Positions 1 through 7,805 of a DNA stretch of 64,000 nucleotides are shown here, piece by piece. Position numbers and translations under genes: made by a program. Numbering within the stretch: the stretch's first letter is position 1; every line of letters starts with the position of its first letter. Below the pieces are notes generated by a model that was given only the letters and a program-made list of their open reading frames with translations, was not told the origin of the DNA and did not search any database. The stretch covers positions 248,001-312,000 of IMG/VR virus record IMGVR_UViG_3300043418_000114. One strand, 5' to 3'.

Positions 1-2
1 AT

Positions 3-362
3 CGTACCAGTTGGGAAAACATCAGTAGAGATTGGCTAAGTCGTTGGCCTGATATTCCATTCTTGGCAACAGTAAATGTAGGCAATGAAAAGATATTGTA
101 TTATGAGATTCTTGGCATGCAACGATATACTGACAGATTGCCACTAGATGATCCATTCAGACAAAATCAAAAGTCATTCTACTTGCATCCCAAATTAGTC
201 AAAGAAATGTACACGTGGCAATATGCATGGTATACCACTAACTATGTTGGATTTCAACGTGAAGAAATGGACATGGATGTTGAAGTCAAGAAACAAATTG
301 AAGACTACTGGGCTAAAGGATATTGGCTTGGCAAGGGCAACACTGACAGGACAACAGTATGA
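3..362 (+). CDS. hypothetical protein, 5'-truncated by the window edge; first visible gene of the fabF operon
   Basis: Frame 3 is open from position 3 (RTSWENISRDWLSRWPDIPFLATV...), so the track start at 63 is probably internal. The stop overlaps the next start (ATGA). Confidence 0.7.
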   Translation, partial: RTSWENISRDWLSRWPDIPFLATVNVGNEKILYYEILGMQRYTDRLPLDDPFRQNQKSFYLHPKLVKEMYTWQYAWYTTNYVGFQREEMDMDVEVKKQIEDYWAKGYWLGKGNTDRTTV

Positions 363-1561
363 CAGACATAGCCATTATTGGAGTAGGTATTGTTGACAGT
401 TTAGGTTTCAACAAAGACGAATGCTGGAACAACATGCTCAACGGTGTTGTTGGACTAAGCCCTAATGTTCTATTCAATAGAGAACAATATCCTATATCAA
501 AAATCAATAGTGTTCATAGCGTAGACTTGAACAAGATAACACTTGCCGAGTTCACTGACAAAGAAAGACAGAATATGGATCGCATCTTTTTGCTTTCCAT
601 GCATTCAATATTAGACTGTATCAAAGACAGTAATGTTACATCCACTGATGTTTCAATGATTGTAGGCATGACTAGTTCTATGAAGAATTTAGAACTAGAA
701 TCTTGGAACAGATTACTCAATAATAAACGCACTGCGCCTAGACAAATGTACTTTGCAATGCGTGATACTATCACATCGACAATCACTCGAATGTTTGGGT
801 ATACGGGTGCAACAAGTACCATGAGTAACATGTGTACTACATCTATAAGTTCGTTAGATTATGCTGTGCGTTTGTTAAACGACAACGACTGTGCATATTC
901 ATTAGTCACTGGAGTAGATTCGTTCGTACACCCTCTTGACATGTATGTTATGCAATCAATGGGTGCAACATGCATTGACGAAAATCCATTAACCAAACCA
1001 TTTGACGAGAATCGTAATGGTATCACATTAGGTGAAGGCAGTTGTTCATTCATGCTAACCACCTTAGCTAATGCTAAAAATAACAATCATAAAATCTATG
1101 GCATTATTAAGGGAATAGGTCACGGTACTGAATCTGTGCATGAAACTGACATGAGTACAGATGGTATTGGTTCACGCAATGCTATCAACATGGCACTAAG
1201 AAAAGCAAACTTGTCCAGTGCCGATATTGGATACGTTAATTGTCATGCAACAGGAACACCTCAAGGAGATACTGTCGAATATGATATTGTCAGTAGCATG
1301 TTCCCAAACGTAACAGTAGGTGCAAACAAATCAAATATCGGACACACCATGGGTGCGTGTGGTATGCTTGAGTTGTTCTACACGATCATGGCGTTGAATC
1401 GTCAGGTAGCACCACCTATCGCTAATTTAATTACCCCTATAGGTCATTCAATAAATATCCCAATGACCATGCAAACAATTGACACTATGTATGCCCTAAA
1501 GAATTCTTTTGGCTTTGGTGGCAAAAGTAGTTGCGTTGTCATTGAACGGGGAACATTATGA
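359..1561 (+). CDS. fabF: beta-ketoacyl-ACP synthase (FabF/FabB-like ketosynthase)
   Basis: N-terminal IAIIGVGIV, catalytic Cys (SNMCTTS), KPFDENRNGITLGEG, His (YVNCHATGTPQGD), His (KSNIGHTMGACG) and C-terminal KNSFGFGG. The Cys-His-His triad is intact. Confidence 0.93.
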   Translation: MTDIAIIGVGIVDSLGFNKDECWNNMLNGVVGLSPNVLFNREQYPISKINSVHSVDLNKITLAEFTDKERQNMDRIFLLSMHSILDCIKDSNVTSTDVSMIVGMTSSMKNLELESWNRLLNNKRTAPRQMYFAMRDTITSTITRMFGYTGATSTMSNMCTTSISSLDYAVRLLNDNDCAYSLVTGVDSFVHPLDMYVMQSMGATCIDENPLTKPFDENRNGITLGEGSCSFMLTTLANAKNNNHKIYGIIKGIGHGTESVHETDMSTDGIGSRNAINMALRKANLSSADIGYVNCHATGTPQGDTVEYDIVSSMFPNVTVGANKSNIGHTMGACGMLELFYTIMALNRQVAPPIANLITPIGHSINIPMTMQTIDTMYALKNSFGFGGKSSCVVIERGTL

Positions 1562-2337
1562 AGTTAGCAATGGTTTCAGCACATACAGTTGACTTTTACC
1601 ATTTTTTCAAAATTCAATATGCAATGATGCAGATGTATGACCCATTGGTTAAAATCACTGTAGCAAAGAGTGATACATTCGAGCAGTTCAATGAGAAGGT
1701 TGATTGGGTAGATTTAGGATATCCTGATTTCTTGCATCCAATGCATCGTAACTATACAACCAAATTCAACTTTGCACGTGCTCCGTTGGCACAATCAGTA
1801 GATGCAGACCGAGTAGCATGGGTAGATGCAGATATATTGCCTCTAGTTCCAACCGCTATTAGCAACTTCATGACTGTAAGTGACAAGCCCACAGTAGCAC
1901 ACAATGTATACATGAGCGATGAACAATATGATGGGTGGAATAGTCTTACTGAATGGTATGGAGTTGGTAAGTTACCATGTTATAATTGCGGATTGGTTGC
2001 GGCTAATCGTGATGATAGTTTTTGGAATGAATGGGCAGATGCTAAAAAGATGCTGTACCTAAGTAGACTCGATTACTTCTTAACGTATGAGGGTGATTAT
2101 CATTATGGAATCCCACTCAGAATGTTCTTCATTGACCAAATAGCACTTAATTATGTTATCAACAAAGATGTGAGTAGATTCCACTGTGTTGATAGTAGTA
2201 ATAACTGGCAACCACTTGATCCAAATGGCAACATGTTTAAAGACACAATCAGAATGCCATTCGATACAAAGATATTACATCTAAGTGGACCATCAAAGAA
2301 AAGTCTTTTAATAAACAAGGAAACAATAAATGTATAA
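1558..2337 (+). CDS. GT-A fold glycosyltransferase, GT8-like
   Basis: DxD motif (WVDADIL), YNCGLV (cf. YFNSGV), DQIALNYV (cf. DQDILN) and ILHLSG (cf. IIHFTG). Confidence 0.75.
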   Translation: MKLAMVSAHTVDFYHFFKIQYAMMQMYDPLVKITVAKSDTFEQFNEKVDWVDLGYPDFLHPMHRNYTTKFNFARAPLAQSVDADRVAWVDADILPLVPTAISNFMTVSDKPTVAHNVYMSDEQYDGWNSLTEWYGVGKLPCYNCGLVAANRDDSFWNEWADAKKMLYLSRLDYFLTYEGDYHYGIPLRMFFIDQIALNYVINKDVSRFHCVDSSNNWQPLDPNGNMFKDTIRMPFDTKILHLSGPSKKSLLINKETINV

Positions 2338-3094
2338 ACCATTTGATTTAACAGGTAAAGTAGTTGCTGTAGTGGGCGGCAATCAAGGCATTGGCTTTGG
2401 AGTAGCCGAAGCATTAGCACAAGCAGGAGCTACCGTTGTTATCGGTGGACGCAGAACAGAATGGAATCAAAAAGCCGCTGAGAAAATTGGTGGTGATTAT
2501 ATTGACGTTGATGCCACTGTAGAAGAATCAGTTGTCAACTATATGAATACTGTAGTTGAGCGTCATGGCAGATTAGATGCTTGTTTCGCTATCTTGGGTG
2601 GTGCAACAATTAGTCCTGCCCCATTCGACTTAACCCCGCTTGAATGGTGGGAGAATGATATTCAAAAGAATCTAACTAGTGTATACTTGTGTTTCCGTGA
2701 AGCATCTAATCACATGATTAAGCTAGGAAACGGCGGGTCATTGGTTAGTATTGCATCTATTACATCAATTGGATCTAGTGCATATATTAGTGCATATGCA
2801 AGTGCTAAAGCAGGATTGATTGGATTGACTAATTCATTGTGTCGCAAGCTAGGAGAGTACAAGATTCGTATCAATAGCATCATGTCGGGCGTTATTGACA
2901 CAAAAGAATCACATGCTAACTTACCTGAACAGTTTAGACAACACATGATTAACCACTCAGTGTTTAATCGTCTAGGTGCAGTAGAAGACTTTGGTGGGCT
3001 TGCTGTGTATCTAGCTAGTGATGCATCATCATATCATACCGCTGATGTTATGTTACTCGACGGTGGACAAACAAAGACAATCATGGTAGTATGA
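2330..3094 (+). CDS. short-chain dehydrogenase/reductase (FabG-like)
   Basis: Rossmann motif VVGGNQGIG, catalytic Ser (IASITS), YxxxK (YASAK), IRINSI and C-terminal DGG. Confidence 0.92.
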   Translation: MYKPFDLTGKVVAVVGGNQGIGFGVAEALAQAGATVVIGGRRTEWNQKAAEKIGGDYIDVDATVEESVVNYMNTVVERHGRLDACFAILGGATISPAPFDLTPLEWWENDIQKNLTSVYLCFREASNHMIKLGNGGSLVSIASITSIGSSAYISAYASAKAGLIGLTNSLCRKLGEYKIRINSIMSGVIDTKESHANLPEQFRQHMINHSVFNRLGAVEDFGGLAVYLASDASSYHTADVMLLDGGQTKTIMVV

Positions 3095-4032
3095 CATTAG
3101 AACCTACTGTTTGGTATGCTGGTCGCAACAACTATAAGAAGCATACGTATGAACCTGACTACTTTGGGCCAAAGATGGGAAGATTCACTACTGAGTTACT
3201 TGATGTTGAGACCAGAGACTTAACCAATATCCATGATATCATCGCTGATGACTTAGGAATAAGACAAACCAAAACTGTCGAGGTCTTATTCAGTGGCGGT
3301 ATGGATAGCGAATGTGTAATTCGCAGTTGCCTACACAGTAAGATTCCAGTTCGTGCATTGACTGCTAGATTCATGGTTCGTGGCTATCCAGTCAATACAC
3401 ATGACTTGTATTACGCTGAGAAATTTTGCAGAGAACACAACGTAGAGCAAGTGTTTGTTGACTTGGATGCAGTTACTTTCTTTGAGAGTGGCAAGTTCGC
3501 TGATTATATTGTGCCTTACAACATTTGGTATCCGCATGTCGCAGTACACTTTTGGATATTCGAACAAGCTACTGGATTCCCTGTATTAGGTGGAGAGTAT
3601 AGTTGGCCATGGGCGACTGAAAAGATTATAAGCCCTCATAGAATTCCATTCATGTCATACGATAGATTCATGCATGACCGAGGTATACACGGGATTGGCA
3701 GTATGCTAGGCAATAGTCTAGAAAGTAACTGTTTATTCATTAAGAATCATCTACAAATCGTCCGTAGTGCGCCAGCAGGGTATTACAGAGGAGAAGATGA
3801 TAAGATAACCATACTCAAGCAAGTATTGTACAAGCAAATGGGGTTTGGTGACTTAGAATTGCGTATGAAAAACTACGGATGGGATATGGTAGGCAAAGAC
3901 ATATTTGATTTATGGAAATACTGCGGGGATGTAGTTGATCAATACGGTGAATCCAAGGCAGTCATTAAATGGGGCAATTTTATTGCCGAAGCAATGAATG
4001 GTGCACCAGGAAGTAATGACAGACACATATGA
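3091..4032 (+). CDS. PP-loop (adenine nucleotide alpha-hydrolase-like) protein
   Basis: VLFSGGMDSE matches the SGGxDS PP-loop. DLYYAEKFC resembles the helix that follows in this superfamily. Confidence 0.6.
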   Translation: MTLEPTVWYAGRNNYKKHTYEPDYFGPKMGRFTTELLDVETRDLTNIHDIIADDLGIRQTKTVEVLFSGGMDSECVIRSCLHSKIPVRALTARFMVRGYPVNTHDLYYAEKFCREHNVEQVFVDLDAVTFFESGKFADYIVPYNIWYPHVAVHFWIFEQATGFPVLGGEYSWPWATEKIISPHRIPFMSYDRFMHDRGIHGIGSMLGNSLESNCLFIKNHLQIVRSAPAGYYRGEDDKITILKQVLYKQMGFGDLELRMKNYGWDMVGKDIFDLWKYCGDVVDQYGESKAVIKWGNFIAEAMNGAPGSNDRHI

Positions 4033-4562
4033 ACTACGATGCATTCAGTCATGGTCAGATGAAAAGCAAGTTATGGCTTGCTGAAAAACTCGAACCATAC
4101 CTTATAAACGAAAATATCGTAGTATTGGGTAGTTGGTATAATGTTACTGCATTGGTGTTAAAGTGTCGAAACTACAATGGCAAGATATACGGCATAGATA
4201 TAGACCCTGAAGTTAAATCAATTGCAGATAAGATTTGTAGTCAATGGGTTATAGAAGGCTCAGTTGAAAATATTACAGGTGATGCTAATAATATCACAGT
4301 ACCATATGATACCATTATTAACTGTAGTAGTGAGCATATGACTACTGAGTGGTTTGATGCGATTAAACCAGGGACACTCGTTTGTATTCAGTCTAGTGAT
4401 GTGACTGATCCTGAGTATCCCTGGTTAATTAAAACTGCTAGTGCCGATATAGAATCGTTCAAGCAAAAATATAACCTGTCAAAAGCCCTTTTCTGCGACA
4501 CACTGAGAATTCAGTACGGCGATTGGGGCTATGACAGGTTTATGTTAATTGGCGTTAAATAG
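4029..4562 (+). CDS. class I SAM-dependent methyltransferase-like protein
   Basis: Motif I-like VVLGSWY, acidic strand end GIDIDP, GDAN and IINCSSEHM. Confidence 0.65.
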   Translation: MNYDAFSHGQMKSKLWLAEKLEPYLINENIVVLGSWYNVTALVLKCRNYNGKIYGIDIDPEVKSIADKICSQWVIEGSVENITGDANNITVPYDTIINCSSEHMTTEWFDAIKPGTLVCIQSSDVTDPEYPWLIKTASADIESFKQKYNLSKALFCDTLRIQYGDWGYDRFMLIGVK

Positions 4563-4683
4563 CTTCGTAGTCTTCTTTACCAACGCCACATTCTGGACAG
4601 AGAAAATCTGCTGGCAATTCATCCCACTTGCCTTCTGTTTCTTCATCGTGGACATGTCCACAAACTACACATACGTGTTCCAT
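4555..4683 (-). CDS. rubredoxin, 42 aa (not in the ORF track)
   Basis: My translation is MEHVCVVCGHVHDEETEGKWDELPADFLCPECGVGKEDYEAI*. It has two CxxCG motifs and W..LP..F.CP.CG, and starts 1 nt after the rubrerythrin stop. Confidence 0.92.
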   Translation of the reverse strand: MEHVCVVCGHVHDEETEGKWDELPADFLCPECGVGKEDYEAI

Positions 4684-4684
4684 A

Positions 4685-5137
4685 TTACAATCCCTCCAAT
4701 ACTTTTTGATATGCTTCTGCGTGGCGCTTTTCTACTTTTGCAAGTGCCGCAAAACGCTTTTCTGCTTTCTGCAATACTTCTTTGAATTGGGCCGCATGTT
4801 CTTTTGATTCTTCAATCTGATGACGAGCTTCTTCTGCCGCGGCAATATTGCCTTCGAATTCTGCTTTCTCTTTGAATTCAGGATACATGACTTCAAACTC
4901 ATGTGTCTCGCCTTCAATCGCCATTTCTAAACAAGTGTGAGTGTCAGGCTTGCCAACTAACAATTCTAAATGTCCCCACGCATGTAGTAATTCTTGATCC
5001 GCGGTATGCTCGAAGTGTTTTGCAACATCCTCATAGCCTTCTTCTCGTGCGATTTTTGCAAAGTAACGATACTTTGTATGTGCTTGACTTTCACCCGCAA
5101 AAGCGGCTTGTAAATTCAATAGTGTCTCTGATGACAT
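4685..5137 (-). CDS. rbr: rubrerythrin (ferritin-like diiron domain, no fused rubredoxin)
   Basis: NLQAAFAGESQA, QELLHA (ExxH), GETHE..MYP and ESKEH / VEKRH. Strong SD AAGGAG upstream. Confidence 0.92.
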   Translation of the reverse strand: MSSETLLNLQAAFAGESQAHTKYRYFAKIAREEGYEDVAKHFEHTADQELLHAWGHLELLVGKPDTHTCLEMAIEGETHEFEVMYPEFKEKAEFEGNIAAAEEARHQIEESKEHAAQFKEVLQKAEKRFAALAKVEKRHAEAYQKVLEGL

Positions 5138-5148
5138 AGTTTTCTCCT

Positions 5149-5451
5149 TTAAATATCTTCTGTTGGCGTTAAACCATTACTGTGTTTGTCTGTAGTCTTC
5201 TCTACATCTTGAAACAATCGTTTCTCTTGTGCGGTGCGCTCTTTAAAAATTTTACGAGGATTACCACAAAGCATACATCCAGGTTGACCACAATCCATTG
5301 CGTGATGTTTTGCCAAACGATGAGGCTCTTTTACTGCTTTGTCTTTGTTAGTAAGACCGTGTGCTTTTGCAATCTTAACTTGCTTCTTCACAGCAGTTTC
5401 GTCACGAAAGCGACGACGACTATTCAAATATTTTGCTAACTCATTACTCAT
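5149..5451 (-). CDS. hypothetical basic protein with His/Cys cluster
   Basis: ORF contiguous with its neighbours; contains HHAMDCGQPGCMLCGNPRK. Confidence 0.7.
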   Translation of the reverse strand: MSNELAKYLNSRRRFRDETAVKKQVKIAKAHGLTNKDKAVKEPHRLAKHHAMDCGQPGCMLCGNPRKIFKERTAQEKRLFQDVEKTTDKHSNGLTPTEDI

Positions 5452-6026
5452 AACATTATGTCCTTATCGTTATCCTCTTTTACTAACCAACCTAACTTAA
5501 ACAAATCATTGCGTATCTCGTCGGTTACTACACTCTCTGAAACAACCGCTTTTGACTGTAGATAGTATTCTTGCTGTTCTTTAGTCATTTGCCTAAATTG
5601 ATCATCATCTACATCTTTTGCATCCCTGATGCCAGAACAGTACCAGTCGATGTAGTCACCCTTTTGTTGCATGTTAGCTATGATGCCACCAGCACTTCGC
5701 CAACTTGCACTCCATGTTTTGTCAGTCAATATAGGCCAAACATCATTCTTAATGAATTCGTTGTTGCATATTGCCGCATATAAATGCTGTGCATATACAT
5801 CGTCTGCACGTACTTTGTCAAGAATCCATTGCGTAGTTCTCAAATCGTATTCCATGTTGTCTGTTTGCCATTCAACTGTTGATTCAAGTTCTGCTCTACG
5901 TTGGTCCCATGTCTTGAAATAGTCAATCCTCTCCTGAGCTTCCTCAGCAGATGTTGTTCCTTCTTCAACACGTTTAAGTTCACAGTCAATGTTGAATTGA
6001 CCACGTGCTGGACTCTTGCTTAACAT
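5448..6026 (-). CDS. hypothetical protein
   Basis: 192-aa ORF packed between metK and the next gene (1-nt gap on one side, ATGA overlap on the other). Confidence 0.75.
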   Translation of the reverse strand: MLSKSPARGQFNIDCELKRVEEGTTSAEEAQERIDYFKTWDQRRAELESTVEWQTDNMEYDLRTTQWILDKVRADDVYAQHLYAAICNNEFIKNDVWPILTDKTWSASWRSAGGIIANMQQKGDYIDWYCSGIRDAKDVDDDQFRQMTKEQQEYYLQSKAVVSESVVTDEIRNDLFKLGWLVKEDNDKDIML

Positions 6027-6027
6027 A

Positions 6028-7128
6028 TTAGAATAAATCTACCTTCTCCCACGGTAAATCTTTCTTGCCAAAGTGACCGTAGTTAGTTGTACGACCGTAG
6101 ATTGGTTTGAACAAATCAAACCGCTCAATGATGCCTTTTGGTGTCAAGTCTACATTGTCTTGTACCCACTTAGTTAAGTCTCGTGCTTGTTTAGCATCGG
6201 CAGTTTCAATGTAGAAACTCATTGGATCTTTCATACCAATAGCATAACTGACTTGACATGTTGCCCAGTTAGCACGACCTGTTGCTACAATGTTCTTAGC
6301 AATATAGCGCATCATGTACGCCGCCGAGCGGTCAACTTTCGTAGGATCTTTACCACTAAATGCACCACCGCCATGGGGACTATAGCCACCATAAGTATCA
6401 ACAATGATTTTTCTTCCGGTGAGTCCAGTGTCACCATCAGGACCACCAATAACAAAACGCCCAGTAGGATTAATGTAATACTCAGTATCATTGTCTAGAT
6501 ATTGTGGTGGTAAAATTGCACGAATAACTTCTTTTACCGCTAAACGTAAAGAATTGATTTCAGTGTCTTCGGTGTGTTGAGTAGAACATACAACTTTAGC
6601 GATGCGTTTTGGTGTGCCATCGTCGTTATATTCAAACGTTACTTGACTCTTGGCATCTGGTCCTAGGCATGTCATTGTGCCATTCTTTCGAAGTCTTGTT
6701 AATTCTTCAACAATACGATGTGACCAGTAGATTGCACTTGGCATGTAATTGTCTGTCTCGTTACATGCGTAGCCAAACATTAGACCTTGATCACCTGCAC
6801 CAAAGTTATCAGTGCCCAACGCAATGTCTGCACTCTGACCATGTAGTAAATTGGTCACTTGAACAGTTCGCCAATTAAAGCCTTTTTGTTCGTAACCAAT
6901 ATTCTTAATCACTTTACGTACAGCGGCGTCGACCTCTACATCATGTAGAATGCCTTTATATTCGCCTGCCAACACGACTCGATTAGTAGTAACAAGAGTC
7001 TCACATGCACAACGTAGTGCAGAGTCTTCCTTTGACATTACTAAATCCAAAATTGCATCAGATATGGCATCTGCCACTTTATCTGGATGTCCTTCACTAA
7101 CACTCTCACTTGTAAACAAATAACTCAT
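6028..7128 (-). CDS. metK: S-adenosylmethionine synthetase
   Basis: FTSESVSEGHPDK, GAGDQG, GRFVIGGP.GDTGLTGRKIIVDTYGG and GGGAFSGKD. Confidence 0.98.
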   Translation of the reverse strand: MSYLFTSESVSEGHPDKVADAISDAILDLVMSKEDSALRCACETLVTTNRVVLAGEYKGILHDVEVDAAVRKVIKNIGYEQKGFNWRTVQVTNLLHGQSADIALGTDNFGAGDQGLMFGYACNETDNYMPSAIYWSHRIVEELTRLRKNGTMTCLGPDAKSQVTFEYNDDGTPKRIAKVVCSTQHTEDTEINSLRLAVKEVIRAILPPQYLDNDTEYYINPTGRFVIGGPDGDTGLTGRKIIVDTYGGYSPHGGGAFSGKDPTKVDRSAAYMMRYIAKNIVATGRANWATCQVSYAIGMKDPMSFYIETADAKQARDLTKWVQDNVDLTPKGIIERFDLFKPIYGRTTNYGHFGKKDLPWEKVDLF

Positions 7129-7173
7129 TGATTTCCTTTGTTAGATATTTACTATGATATCAGTCTGCGTGAA

Positions 7174-7746
7174 TTATTTCAACTTTTTCGGCTTAGTTTT
7201 CTTGGGAGCTATACGTTTTACTTTACTGTAAAACACGTGATTGCCGATAGTAGCAACGTGATAATATGGCCAAATAGGATTAACGCTTGTATTATGAAAA
7301 AACAACGTTGAATTTGGAACAACATCCACATAACGATTGTTTACCATAACATCATACGCTACCTGTTTTGCTTGCTGATATCGTTGGTTGTTGACTGGTT
7401 CTCCTTTGCCTTCGCATACCCAACTAAACTGACAAATTATCTTGTCTTGTATAGTTGTTCTTTGGTATACCACTTGACATGGATTACTTCCAAAACCGTG
7501 ACGTACTCTGTTCAATACTACTCTCGCAACTGCGGCTTGACCATCGATTGATTCATGACCAGCTTCGTAGTATATGTTCTTTGCCATACATGCAATTTGT
7601 TTTGCATCTATTTTAGTCAAAGAAATCTGTGCTTGTTCGCCGTAATTGTTAGCTGGAGGAGCATTTACTTTGCTCGTTCCTAGTAAACATATTACTGCAA
7701 TTAAACCCAAAAATAACATCTTGGGTAGGTTACTCAGTATTTGCAT
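7174..7746 (-). CDS. SleB/Hydrolase_2-family cell wall hydrolase with N-terminal hydrophobic segment
   Basis: CMAKNIYYEA (catalytic Glu), VVLNRV, QFSW and IGNHVFY. I moved the start to ATG 7746 because GAAAGGA lies just upstream. Confidence 0.88.
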   Translation of the reverse strand: MQILSNLPKMLFLGLIAVICLLGTSKVNAPPANNYGEQAQISLTKIDAKQIACMAKNIYYEAGHESIDGQAAVARVVLNRVRHGFGSNPCQVVYQRTTIQDKIICQFSWVCEGKGEPVNNQRYQQAKQVAYDVMVNNRYVDVVPNSTLFFHNTSVNPIWPYYHVATIGNHVFYSKVKRIAPKKTKPKKLK

Positions 7747-7805
7747 ACTTTTCCTTTCTACCATAGCATTATACTATGGCTTATTGATAAACCAAAGTAT
7801 ATTGG

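Noticed and set aside
4683-4687. Readthrough fusion of rubrerythrin to rubredoxin
   Set aside because: The rubredoxin ATG is out of frame (TAA-T-ATG) and there is no slippery site. Two separate genes is the simpler reading.
4549-4785. Track ORF on the plus strand (78 aa) covering the gap after the methyltransferase
   Set aside because: The same DNA encodes a clear rubredoxin on the minus strand.
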